Position numbers and translations under genes: made by a program. This document shows, piece by piece, positions 10,486-19,483 of a stretch of 64,000 bases of DNA. Within the stretch, counting starts at the first letter, position 1. Each line of letters begins with the position of its first letter. The DNA is taken from contig CAIKXE010000005.1 in assembly GCA_903831305.1 (NCBI GenBank), forward strand, positions 11,288 to 75,287, given 5' to 3'. Source of the DNA: an uncultured bacterium. GTDB lineage: Bacteria > Patescibacteriota > Minisyncoccia > Phycocordibacterales > GWA1-40-21. The notes beneath the pieces are model-generated. The model was not told the origin of the DNA and made no database searches. It saw only the letters and a program-made list of their open reading frames with translations.

Positions 10486-11079
10486 CTAGGGTTTTTGGAA
10501 GGTTACCGGGTATTTCTCAAACTCAGGCAGTAAATTTATATTATAGAGGAGCCGAGACAGGGCCTCAGCAGAAATTTTGGCCCCGTTTAAGGCATTGTGA
10601 GGGTGTATCTCAGCCGGAATCCCCACATACTGCATTATTTTATCACTATTCAAATCCGAATGATTATGAATAACTGGTGGCGTAACTCCCCTACTAATCA
10701 TATGCGCAAAGCAGACAGAATGTTGATCAATGGTTCTAAAAGCAAACGGCCACTCCAGATGATAACGATCAGCCGCCCGGTGCAGGAAATCCCGATCAAA
10801 GGAGGGGTTCTGCCCAGCAAAAGTCTGATCCGCACATTCCTTGGCCCAGGTAATAAAGTGTTTTAAGAGCTCTTCATCAGTTTGTTTATTAGCGTCAGTA
10901 GCCTGTTCACGGGTAAAACCATTGATCGCCAGGGCTTCATCGTCAATATGTGCCTCCGGGAAGGCCCGGCACTCCTCATAAAACTGCCTACTTGGATTTG
11001 CAAAATCTACCGCCCCCAAAGAGAGGATAGAGTGCTTTACTTCATCCACCCCACTCGCTTCAATATCAATTATTATCAT
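10486..11079 (-). CDS. DEDD-family 3'-5' exonuclease (DnaQ-like). Likely start is the internal Met (MIIIDIEASG).
   Basis: Exo I motif IIDIEASG, Exo II FAGQNPSFDRDF and Exo III HPHNALNGAK. The first 6 codons of the ORF-track call contain a TATAAT box, so the start is more likely at 11079. Confidence 0.65.
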   Translation of the reverse strand: MIIIDIEASGVDEVKHSILSLGAVDFANPSRQFYEECRAFPEAHIDDEALAINGFTREQATDANKQTDEELLKHFITWAKECADQTFAGQNPSFDRDFLHRAADRYHLEWPFAFRTIDQHSVCFAHMISRGVTPPVIHNHSDLNSDKIMQYVGIPAEIHPHNALNGAKISAEALSRLLYNINLLPEFEKYPVTFQKP

Positions 11080-11155
11080 ACTTACATTATAACACACTTT
11101 CCCCTTGCTATATTTATCTATTAGTGCTAGTATCTAGAAAGATTGTTCTTTTAGA

Positions 11156-11327
11156 TTTCGCGCTTAATTGCGCTTGATATTAGCACTCCGTGCACAGGGG
11201 CCTCTCTCCCTCCTCTCTTCCCTCCCACTCACCCTTGCACGGGGTGCCCTCAATCACCGAGTCATCATGACTCGATAATGTACGCCGCCGCCGCTTTCCA
11301 ACCTTGGACAGCGGCGGTTCTTTCTTT
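11156..11327 (+). ncRNA. Candidate small structured RNA, GC- and CU-rich, ending in a canonical intrinsic terminator
   Basis: GC-rich island in an AT-rich intergenic region. A stem ccgtgcacaggg/cccttgcacgg encloses a CU-rich tract with repeated CCUCC. At the 3' end the terminator is CCGCCGCT-(14 nt)-AGCGGCGG followed by ttctttcttt on the plus strand. There is no ORF. Confidence 0.3.
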
Positions 11328-11334
11328 AAAAAAA

Positions 11335-11850
11335 TTACTTCAACCCAAGACAATTAGTGGCGGCTGTATAACCTGCCCTCTGTGCCTCCTCGTAAGAATC
11401 AAACCAGACTTTATTTTTCTCTGCTATCTGTGACGCCCCCGCACACCAAGGAAAATGATATTTCTTGCCACCTTTAGAAGACACTAAAAATCCCAGAGCT
11501 TTCTCCGTGGCCACCATAGCGCTCGCTGATACTGGCACGGCCACCTTATCAGCCACCTGAACTGAACTGGTAGTGGTTGTGGCGGTGGGTATAACCCAGC
11601 TAGCTTTCTGTATGTCCACCGTTCCTCGGCTTTTCTCTAATACAGATATTTTACCCAAGCCAAAACCGGCCAAACCCACCAAAATTATTACTGAAACTAT
11701 AAAAATGTCTTCTCGAGGGTTTAGATTACTATGTAATAATGATAAGTGTGGTCCCACCCATCTTTTCCAATAAGTCTTGACCCAGGAGTAGACTTTCCTC
11801 CAAAAATTCACTACGGGGTTGATTTTTTTGGTAACATCCTGTATACTCAT
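11335..11850 (-). CDS. Membrane-anchored protein with a C-terminal Ada metal-binding-like (Ada_Zn_binding fold) domain; function unknown
   Basis: N-terminal TM helix. The C-terminal YHFPWCAGASQIAEKNKVWFDSYEEAQRAGYTAATNC follows the Ada N-terminal pattern (..C....I..N..F.S.EEA..AG...C) but retains only 2 of the 4 Cys. Confidence 0.4.
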   Translation of the reverse strand: MSIQDVTKKINPVVNFWRKVYSWVKTYWKRWVGPHLSLLHSNLNPREDIFIVSVIILVGLAGFGLGKISVLEKSRGTVDIQKASWVIPTATTTTSSVQVADKVAVPVSASAMVATEKALGFLVSSKGGKKYHFPWCAGASQIAEKNKVWFDSYEEAQRAGYTAATNCLGLK

Positions 11851-11891
11851 GGGACAAATTATAACAGAGTTTTAATATTAATTAAACAGCC

Positions 11892-12164
11892 ATGGCACAT
11901 AAAAAAGCAGCCGGTACAACAAAAAATGGTAGAGATTCCAATCCTAGATTCCTAGGAGTCAAACTTGGTGATGGTGATACCGCCCAAGCTGGTTCTATTA
12001 TTGTCAGACAAAAAGGCGTAAATATCATGCCTGGACGCAATACCAAGATGGGTAAAGACTATACTGTCTACGCGGTCAAAGCGGGAAAGGTTAAATTTGC
12101 TTCTAAACGCAAAATGTCTTTTGATTCTAAAATGGAGAAAAAAGGGATTGTCTCAATAATTTAA
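11892..12164 (+). CDS. rpmA: 50S ribosomal protein L27
   Basis: MAHKKAAGTTKNGRDSNPRFLGVK...RQKG matches the L27 N-terminus. Confidence 0.9.
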   Translation: MAHKKAAGTTKNGRDSNPRFLGVKLGDGDTAQAGSIIVRQKGVNIMPGRNTKMGKDYTVYAVKAGKVKFASKRKMSFDSKMEKKGIVSII

Positions 12165-12166
12165 TC

Positions 12167-12245
12167 AAAAAGCCTCCAGAATATACTCGGAGTGATTAGG
12201 TATTCCGTTAAACGGAGAGTATGTTGTGGAGGCTTTTTGTTTTCC
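12167..12245. terminator. Bidirectional intrinsic terminator between rpmA (+) and rplI (-)
   Basis: aaaAGCCTCCA...TGGAGGCTttttgtttt with a nested inner hairpin (tccgtt taa acgga), and T-runs on both strands. Confidence 0.7.
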
Positions 12246-12249
12246 TATC

Positions 12250-12693
12250 TTACTCCGCCTTGATCACTAATTTAAAGGTCGTCTCTCGGCCATTAACCGT
12301 TACTTTAATAGTATGCTCGCCAACCTCTTTAAGAGGTTTTTCTAGACCCAAATGCTCTGGTGGCAAATTCACGCCTTTTTGTTTTCTTACTGCCTCTATT
12401 ATTTCCTCCTTATGAATACCAGCAAACAAGTGACCCTTATCATTTACCTTACCAGTCATTATTATACTAATACCCTGAATTTCATTTAGGGCCTTCTGTA
12501 ATTCGGCTTCGGTTTTAACCGTCTGAAACACATCACTCTTTTTCTTAATATCAATCATATTGATATTCCCTGGTGTCGCCACTAGTGCCAGGCCATTGGG
12601 GATGAGCATATTTAAGGCATGACCATCAGCCACCTCCTTTACCTCATACTTCTTACCTAGCTTCTTTACATCTTTTAATAATATTATTTTCAT
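12250..12693 (-). CDS. rplI: 50S ribosomal protein L9
   Basis: MKIILLKDVKKLGKKYEVKEVADGHALNMLIPNGLA is the L9 N-domain; length is 147 aa. Confidence 0.9.
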   Translation of the reverse strand: MKIILLKDVKKLGKKYEVKEVADGHALNMLIPNGLALVATPGNINMIDIKKKSDVFQTVKTEAELQKALNEIQGISIIMTGKVNDKGHLFAGIHKEEIIEAVRKQKGVNLPPEHLGLEKPLKEVGEHTIKVTVNGRETTFKLVIKAE

Positions 12694-12765
12694 CCGCTAA
12701 ATATAACTTAAAAATCGAGTAATGCCTACCTTGACCCACACATAAATATTCGGTTGAGTTTGTTA

Positions 12766-14004
12766 CTATTTCAATATCTCAATTGCTTTATCCAGTTGAG
12801 GATCCTTCTCCGCCTTGATATCCGCGTCAGTGATTTTCACCAGGTAATCTGGAGTCAGACCTCCTTCCGAAATACTTTTACCGTTTGGTGTCAGCCACTT
12901 GGCAATGGTTACTTTGAGTGAGGTGTCACCGGATATAGATAGTAGTTCCTGAACAGATCCTTTGCCATACGTTTTTGTCCCTACCAGTTTAGCAATACCG
13001 TGTTCCTGTAGTGCCCCCGCTAAAATTTCAGAAGCGGAAGCCGAACCAGCATCAACCAAAACCGCCATTTTTAATTTATCATTAAATACTTTATAACCCT
13101 TACTACGATACACTGTTCCCTCCCGACCATCGCCAAATTCCTCACGTACCACCGTCTTGCCAAGGGGAAGAAACCAGCTAGCCATATCCACTGCCGCATT
13201 CAGATACCCACCAGGATTCCCGCGTAAATCAAGGATTAATTTAGACTTTTTAGAATTAATAAATTCCTTCAGGGCGGCATTAAACTGTGGCTGTGCCTGC
13301 GCATAAAAATTGTAAAGACTGATCACAAACACATCCCCCTTAATCTCAGTTTTAACTGTCGGAATATCAATCACTGCCCGCACAATCTCAATGGTCAGTG
13401 GTTTGGTATTGCCCTCTCGTAAAACGGTCAACTTTACAGTTGTTCCTTTTGGTCCCCGAATCAGCTTTACGGCTTTTTCAGTCGGTAGATCTATCGCCGC
13501 CTCACCATTGATTGTTATTATTTTATCTCCTGCCTTGACGCCAGCCTTCTCGGCGGGTGAACCCTTTAAAGGAGAAACGACTGACAAAACACCGTCCTTG
13601 ATCCCTATTTCCATCCCCACACCTTCAAAGTTTCCACTGATATTTGTCGCAAAATCCTTGGTATCAGACGGTGGCATAAAAACAGTATATGGATCACCAA
13701 GAGAATTAGTCATGCCCTGTATCGCCCCCCAGATCCGGTCTTGGCTAGTAGTAGTACTTACTTTATTTTTTGTCGCCACATATTTATCATCCAAGATATT
13801 CCATACTTGCCAAAAGGGATCCATGTCTATCGGCCCCTCAGTCGTGGAGGCCTCGTTATTATTTAAAATAAGCTGACCAGGAATCAGACCCGAGCGAGTA
13901 GCCACTGACTGTTCCCGACCAAAAGAGATACCCAGTACAAAAGCCAGACCCATAAATAAAACAAAGATTAAAACTACTTTATATTTTTTAAAATTGCTTG
14001 TCAT
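12766..14004 (-). CDS. ctpA: Carboxyl-terminal processing protease (S41 family) with PDZ domain
   Basis: N-terminal TM, a PDZ domain, and S41 motifs GNPGGYLNAAVDMASWF and TASASEILAGALQ. Confidence 0.8.
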   Translation of the reverse strand: MTSNFKKYKVVLIFVLFMGLAFVLGISFGREQSVATRSGLIPGQLILNNNEASTTEGPIDMDPFWQVWNILDDKYVATKNKVSTTTSQDRIWGAIQGMTNSLGDPYTVFMPPSDTKDFATNISGNFEGVGMEIGIKDGVLSVVSPLKGSPAEKAGVKAGDKIITINGEAAIDLPTEKAVKLIRGPKGTTVKLTVLREGNTKPLTIEIVRAVIDIPTVKTEIKGDVFVISLYNFYAQAQPQFNAALKEFINSKKSKLILDLRGNPGGYLNAAVDMASWFLPLGKTVVREEFGDGREGTVYRSKGYKVFNDKLKMAVLVDAGSASASEILAGALQEHGIAKLVGTKTYGKGSVQELLSISGDTSLKVTIAKWLTPNGKSISEGGLTPDYLVKITDADIKAEKDPQLDKAIEILK

Positions 14005-14043
14005 TGGTCTATTATAGTATAGAAAATAGTATTATGCTATAAT

Positions 14044-14964
14044 TTGAGCATGATAAAAAAACAAAACTATAAAACAGTGACGTGGGTAGATTCTGAAATC
14101 CCCACCAAGGACGAGGCTCGTGAGCTGATGACTGAATATAATCTCAGTCCAGAAGTAGCCCAGGACATATTACTCCCGACCTTCAAGGACAAGATCGTTA
14201 CCTATGATGACTATATTTATTTAGTCTTGCACTTCCCAGCTTTCAAACATACCCACAGTAAGAGCCACCGCCAGGAGATAGACTTTGTTCTTAGTAAAAA
14301 GTTTATCATCACAAACCGTTATGAAAGCATAGATTCTATGGAAAAGTATGCCAAGATCTTTGAGGTGAACTCTATCCTTGATAAAAGTAAGTCGGAAACT
14401 GGTCCCGGGGAGATCTTCCTAGCTATGATCCGCACTATTTACCAATCCTTATCAGACGAGCTTGATTCTATAAATTATTTACTACGTGAAGCGGAGAAAA
14501 ATATCTTTGCCGGCAAGGAAAAGGCTATGGTTTTTGAGCTGTCTCGGATTGGGCGAGAGATTATTAATTTTAATCACATTATTAATCCCCACGGAGATAT
14601 CCTAGAAACACTCAAGCAAGAATCTAAACACTTCTTTAATAAAGAATTCACTATTGAGCTCGAAACAGTGATAAACGAATATTACAAAATCTCTAAAATT
14701 TTAGAACATGTAAATGAGATCCTGCGTGAGCTCCGCGAAACCAATAATTCCCTACTCTCCACCAAGCAAAATGAAATTATGAAAACTTTAACCGTTTTTA
14801 CTTTTTTTGCTTTACCGTTTTCTATTATTACGGGTTTCTTTCAAATGAATACCAAGTTTACCCCTTTTGTAAACACCACCAATGACTGGTACTTTATCGT
14901 TGGCGTGGAGTTTATTGTGATGCTCATTGTCTTTACCATTGCCAAAAAGAAAAAGTGGTTTTAA
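14044..14964 (+). CDS. corA: CorA-family divalent cation (Mg2+/Co2+) transporter with a variant GMN loop (QMN)
   Basis: 306 aa with two C-terminal TM helices. GFFQMNTKF sits where the YGMNF signature normally is. Confidence 0.7.
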   Translation: MSMIKKQNYKTVTWVDSEIPTKDEARELMTEYNLSPEVAQDILLPTFKDKIVTYDDYIYLVLHFPAFKHTHSKSHRQEIDFVLSKKFIITNRYESIDSMEKYAKIFEVNSILDKSKSETGPGEIFLAMIRTIYQSLSDELDSINYLLREAEKNIFAGKEKAMVFELSRIGREIINFNHIINPHGDILETLKQESKHFFNKEFTIELETVINEYYKISKILEHVNEILRELRETNNSLLSTKQNEIMKTLTVFTFFALPFSIITGFFQMNTKFTPFVNTTNDWYFIVGVEFIVMLIVFTIAKKKKWF

Positions 14965-14975
14965 TCCTGTATCCC

Positions 14976-16358
14976 ATGCAACTATACAACACCCTCACTC
15001 GCAAAAAAGAAGACTTTAAGCCAATAAAGGAGGGCTCAGTGGGTTTGTATACCTGTGGACCAACTGTCTATGGCTATCCACATTTAGGTAATATGCGTAC
15101 CTACATTTTTGAGGACCTCTTAAAACGTGTTTTGACTTACAATAACTATGAGGTGAATCATGTGATGAATATTACTGACGTCGGGCACCTCACCGGTGAC
15201 CGGGATATGGGAGTGGACAAGGTAGAAAGAGAATCCGCAAAAACCGGCCAAACTGCCTGGGAGATCGCGGATTTTTATACCACAGCGTTTAAAGAAGATT
15301 TAAAAAGCCTAAATATTATTTTTCCCAATACTTTTTGTAAAGCTACGGACAATATCCCCGAGCAGATAGCCATGATACAGACTCTGGAGGAAAAAGGCTT
15401 TACTTATAAAATCACTGATGGTATTTATTTTGATACCGCCAAGGTAGCTGACTATAACAAGCTTTCCCATCAGAAAATCGAAGATTTGCGTGAAGGGGCC
15501 CGCGTGGAGATAAATGCCGAGAAAAAGAACCCCACCGACTTTGCTTTATGGAAATTATCCCCCACCGGAGCCAAGAGACAGATGGAATGGGAAAGCCCTT
15601 GGGGCGTGGGTTTCCCTGGCTGGCATATTGAGTGCTCGGCCATGAGTGTAAAATACTTGGGTGAGCAGTTTGATATTCACTGTGGTGGAGTAGACCATAT
15701 TGATATTCATCATACCAATGAGCTGGCCCAGACCGAGTCCGCCACCAGTAAAAAGCCTTGGGTAAATTATTGGCTACACAGTGCTTTCTTAAATGGTATT
15801 GGAGGCAAAAAAATGGCCAAGAGTAGCGGGGACTTTATTACGGTGACTAATACTTTCACTGAAAAAGGTATTAGTCCCCTAGTCTATCGGTTTGCTAATC
15901 TCTCCGTTCACTATCGTAAGCCCATGGAGTGGAGCGAGGAGGCATTAATATCTGCTAAAAATGGTTATGAAAACCTGTTAGTCAAGATTTCTAAACTAGG
16001 ACAAAAAACCGGTAAGCTGAGTTTAGAATATAAAGATAAATTTCTAGCCGATATCAATGATGATTTAAATATGTCTAAAGCGCTGGCGACCGTCCAGGAA
16101 TTATTAAAATCAGATTTGTCTGATGAAGATAAATTGGCTACTGTTTTAGATTTTGATAAGGTCTTAGGGCTTAATTTACGATTAGAGACAAAAGCTGATA
16201 TTGAAATCCCGGAGGCCGTTATAGAGATATTAAAAAAACGAGAAACAGCAAGGCAGAATAAAGATTGGAAAAGTTCTGATGAATTACGAGATGAAATTTT
16301 AAAACTAGGTTATCAGGTGACCGATGCTGACGCCGGGCAGGAAATTAAATTAATATAA
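14976..16358 (+). CDS. cysS: Cysteinyl-tRNA synthetase. Probable start at MQLYNTLTRKK; the ORF-track start at 14955 overlaps corA.
   Basis: HIGH (CGPTVYGYPHLGNMRTY), zinc-binding Cys/His residues and KMSKS (KMAKSSG). Confidence 0.85.
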   Translation: MQLYNTLTRKKEDFKPIKEGSVGLYTCGPTVYGYPHLGNMRTYIFEDLLKRVLTYNNYEVNHVMNITDVGHLTGDRDMGVDKVERESAKTGQTAWEIADFYTTAFKEDLKSLNIIFPNTFCKATDNIPEQIAMIQTLEEKGFTYKITDGIYFDTAKVADYNKLSHQKIEDLREGARVEINAEKKNPTDFALWKLSPTGAKRQMEWESPWGVGFPGWHIECSAMSVKYLGEQFDIHCGGVDHIDIHHTNELAQTESATSKKPWVNYWLHSAFLNGIGGKKMAKSSGDFITVTNTFTEKGISPLVYRFANLSVHYRKPMEWSEEALISAKNGYENLLVKISKLGQKTGKLSLEYKDKFLADINDDLNMSKALATVQELLKSDLSDEDKLATVLDFDKVLGLNLRLETKADIEIPEAVIEILKKRETARQNKDWKSSDELRDEILKLGYQVTDADAGQEIKLI

Positions 16359-16365
16359 ACAGTGA

Positions 16366-16400
16366 ACCGCCAAGCCCCGAAGAGCTTGGCGGTGGTTTGT
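16366..16400 (+). terminator. Intrinsic terminator downstream of cysS
   Basis: ACCGCCAAGC-cccgaagag-GCTTGGCGGT followed by ggtttgtatt. Confidence 0.65.
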
Positions 16401-16401
16401 A

Positions 16402-16773
16402 TTAGGCGTCCCAGAGAAGCTTTCCATACGCCTGGATGGTGCCGTTTCGGCTCTCATGTGGAGGCACGCTCACACTGACCCGTTTCTCCGGGCAGAGGCT
16501 CTTAACGACAGCCTGAAGACCGGTAAAGAAAGCGGTTGACCGCAAACGGTAGGTGTTACTCTCTACAGAAATTAACCTGTGCCAGGTGGCAGAGGTGGCG
16601 TCAGCCATGGTCTCGCAGACCAGACTGAGTTTTACGCCCGGCGGAATTATGATCTTTCTGTTCCTCATGGTTGCCCTTAGGGTGCAAAAGAACTCCTGGG
16701 CCCCCTGATAGTCCTCGTCCTCGTAGACACTGACGATCACTTTTACTTCCATCTTCTTTTCCTCTCCGCTCAT
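16402..16773 (-). CDS. CutA1-like (PII-fold) divalent-cation tolerance protein; probable start at an internal Met (MSGEEKK)
   Basis: GLQAVVKSLCPEKRVSVSVP...NGTIQAYGKLLW resembles the CutA C-terminal region (L.AWVKELHPYEVPEII...GN.DYL.WL). The segment is notably higher in GC than its flanks. The N-terminal 69 codons of the ORF-track call look like a spurious extension. Confidence 0.35.
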   Translation of the reverse strand: MSGEEKKMEVKVIVSVYEDEDYQGAQEFFCTLRATMRNRKIIIPPGVKLSLVCETMADATSATWHRLISVESNTYRLRSTAFFTGLQAVVKSLCPEKRVSVSVPPHESRNGTIQAYGKLLWDA

Positions 16774-16876
16774 TATGAGCACTGGTTGTTTGTGTACAAA
16801 ATCTGTAAAAAAGCATATCATACTTATATAAATAAGTAAAGGATTATAAAAAAACCAAGGAGAATCCTCGGTCTTT

Positions 16877-18214
16877 TTATCTATTCCCCTCAATAAAAGT
16901 GAGTGCCTTACCTTTCTTGTCACCTCGGCCGGTTCGGCCAATGCGGTGCACGTAGTCATCATAGGTAGCAGGTACGTCATAGTTGATCACATGTGATACG
17001 TCCGGAATATCCAGTCCTCTAGCCGCTACGTCCGTAGCCACTAAGATAGCCAATGAGTTATTTTTAAATGCGCCAAGTGCCCTTTGTCTCTTAGAATGTG
17101 GTTTGTTGCCGTGAATAGAGTCAGCTTTAAAACCTTTTTCAATTAGTTTTTTAGATAATTTTTCTACGCCATGTTTGGTTCGGCCAAAGATCAGCACCTT
17201 ATAAAATTCAGCCTGCTTTAATAGCCCCTCAAGGGTCGCCATCTTATCACCAGTTACACGGACAATATCCTGGTCCACATTTTTGGAAGTATCACCCGTG
17301 CGGACGGAGACGATAATTGGTTCATGTAAAAAGGTTTTGATTAAAACCTCAATTTCCTTAGACATAGTAGCGGAGAAAAATAAAGTATGGCGTTTGGCTG
17401 GCATCTTGGCCATCAGATATTTCATATCAGCAATAAAGCCCATATCCAGCATTCTATCCGCCTCATCGAGGACAATAGTGCCAAATTTATTTAAATCAAT
17501 AAACTTCCGGTTCACTAGATCTTTGAGCCGGCCCGGTGTTCCAATTATAAAATTATTATTTCTTTGTCTTAATTCGGCAATCTGTCCGCTGATAGAGGCC
17601 CCACCCACACAGCAAGCAGAAAAGATGCCTAGATTAGTAACGAAGCTTCTTAGCTCCTGATTGATCTGTACCGCCAGCTCCCTGGTAGGGACCATAATCA
17701 GCACTCGTTCAAATTTATTTAAAATAACTTTCTGAATTAAGGGTACTAGAAAGGCTCCTGTTTTACCCGTACCGGTATTAGCAATACCAACTACGTCCTT
17801 ACCTAAAAGTATTTGGGGAATGGTCTTGTCTTGAATCAAAGTAGGAGTGACATAGCCCTTGGTGATAATATTTTGCTTTAAGCGCTGATCAATAATAAAC
17901 TCAGAAAATTTATTATCTGGCACATAGGCTACCTCAGCTTCCAAAGGAGTGGCTTTATTTATGAATTTAGAAAAATGGATGTTTTGGCTAAAAGCGGCTC
18001 CCCGGCCACCACCACTTGGCCTGCCCCCAAAGGAAGGCTTACCACCACCAAACTTAGGTCTATTTGCGCCAAAAGACGGCCTATTTGAGCGAAATGGTCC
18101 TTTAGTGCTTCTGTATGGCTTGCTACCCTGATATCCGCTTGTAGGCCTTTTTGGGGCGTTATTGCTACTATGAGATGCCGAAGTAGAATTTGATCTGTGA
18201 CTATTTGTATTCAT
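16877..18214 (-). CDS. DEAD-box ATP-dependent RNA helicase with an Arg/Gly-rich N-terminal tail
   Basis: Q-motif, motif I (ANTGTGKTGAF), II (VLDEADRMLDMGF), III (SAT) and VI (HRIGRTGRG). The N-terminus carries GGKPSFGGRPSGGGRG repeats. Confidence 0.85.
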   Translation of the reverse strand: MNTNSHRSNSTSASHSSNNAPKRPTSGYQGSKPYRSTKGPFRSNRPSFGANRPKFGGGKPSFGGRPSGGGRGAAFSQNIHFSKFINKATPLEAEVAYVPDNKFSEFIIDQRLKQNIITKGYVTPTLIQDKTIPQILLGKDVVGIANTGTGKTGAFLVPLIQKVILNKFERVLIMVPTRELAVQINQELRSFVTNLGIFSACCVGGASISGQIAELRQRNNNFIIGTPGRLKDLVNRKFIDLNKFGTIVLDEADRMLDMGFIADMKYLMAKMPAKRHTLFFSATMSKEIEVLIKTFLHEPIIVSVRTGDTSKNVDQDIVRVTGDKMATLEGLLKQAEFYKVLIFGRTKHGVEKLSKKLIEKGFKADSIHGNKPHSKRQRALGAFKNNSLAILVATDVAARGLDIPDVSHVINYDVPATYDDYVHRIGRTGRGDKKGKALTFIEGNR

Positions 18215-18262
18215 AAACTTGAGCCATTACAATATCATAGTATGTCTATGTTTGTCAATGTT

Positions 18263-19483
18263 TTATAAATAAATTCTTTTAATTAGTGGATTGAGGCGAG
18301 TGATAAATTCATAGGCACTACCGGAGAGTAAGCCGGCCACATCATCCACCGTTATTACTTCTTCACCATCTTGGCCAATGATTGTCACCTCATCACCCAC
18401 TTTTACTTTTTTAATATCTGTGACGTCCACCATAATTATATCCATACAGATTCGCCCTAGCACTTTTGCTCTTTGACCGTTCACAATGACCTGACCAATA
18501 CCAGATAGAGCGCGAGGAAAACCATGCCAATACCCCACTGGGATGACCGCCACCTTGGAATCCCGCTTGAGCTTTTCCGTAAAGTCATAACCAATCCCTT
18601 CCTCTTTTTTAATATTATTTATTTCACCAATTATCGTTTTCCAACTTAGGGCTGGAAGTAGATTAAAAGGCTGTTTGGATAATGATTTTTGAGTGTCTGG
18701 TTGAGCCCTACCTATGGCGACCCGAGGACCGAAAAAGTCATTATCCGAATTGCCTTTTTGTGCATATTCCCTTGTTTCCGCTGACGGCCAAATACCGTAG
18801 AGCCCAATCCCTACCCGGACCATATCAAAGTGAGCTTCAGGAAAAAGGATTGTCCCAGAAGTAGCACAAGCGTGACAAATGGGTTTAAGCCCGGCCTTCA
18901 TAAATGCCTCGCGCCACACCTTAAATATTTTAATTTGATTTTTAGTCTTCTTGGGAAAGGCTGGATCTTTGGCACTGGCAAAGTGTGTATACAAACCAAC
19001 GACTTCAATTTGTCTTGTCATTCGAATTTGGCTAATCACCTTTTTAATATCCTTCTCCTGAAAGCCGTGCCGGTGCATCCCCGTGTCTACTTTTATATGC
19101 ACTCGCAATTTATTCTTCAATTTCAATTTTCTAATCTCATTAAAATAATCAAAATTGGAAACAGTGATATCCAGATTATTAGTCACCGCCTTTTCAATCA
19201 TCTCTGGTAAGATATAACCCAGAATTAAAATCGGACTTTTTATTCCCTCCCGCCGTAAAGCTATCCCCTCCACCACAGAATCCACCGCCAGATAATCCAC
19301 CTTGAGCTTCTCTAGCTCTTGAGCAAATTCAATCAGATTATGTCCATACGCATTGGACTTGACCACGCCCATCAGCTTTGTTTCAGGAGTTATCAAAGCT
19401 CTAAAAGAGCGGTAGTTATGGGCTATCGCCTTCTTATCTATCTCAATCCAAGTCCGCAGTCCTTTCCGCAGTTCTTTTTTCAT
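18263..19483 (-). CDS. alr: Alanine racemase, with a ~30-aa insertion relative to canonical Alr
   Basis: PLP-Lys motif AVVKSNAYGHN and C-terminal GRICMDIIMVDVT. The insertion is YAQKGNSDNDFFGPRVAIGRAQPDTQKSLSKQ. Confidence 0.8.
   Translation of the reverse strand: MKKELRKGLRTWIEIDKKAIAHNYRSFRALITPETKLMGVVKSNAYGHNLIEFAQELEKLKVDYLAVDSVVEGIALRREGIKSPILILGYILPEMIEKAVTNNLDITVSNFDYFNEIRKLKLKNKLRVHIKVDTGMHRHGFQEKDIKKVISQIRMTRQIEVVGLYTHFASAKDPAFPKKTKNQIKIFKVWREAFMKAGLKPICHACATSGTILFPEAHFDMVRVGIGLYGIWPSAETREYAQKGNSDNDFFGPRVAIGRAQPDTQKSLSKQPFNLLPALSWKTIIGEINNIKKEEGIGYDFTEKLKRDSKVAVIPVGYWHGFPRALSGIGQVIVNGQRAKVLGRICMDIIMVDVTDIKKVKVGDEVTIIGQDGEEVITVDDVAGLLSGSAYEFITRLNPLIKRIYL

Noticed and set aside
16774-16980. 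N-terminal 69 codons of ORF 16402..16980
   Set aside because: The hydrophobic, AT-rich extension has no similarity to anything and precedes a good internal Met with a compositional (GC) boundary. Treated as read-through of a non-coding spacer.
81-19210. Numerous 60-130-aa antisense ORFs inside aspS, gltX, ctpA, the DEAD-box helicase and alr (for example 81..278, 6855..7184, 13391..13876, 17283..17660, 18830..19210)
   Set aside because: All are fully embedded antisense to well-supported genes and have no motifs. They are standard shadow ORFs.
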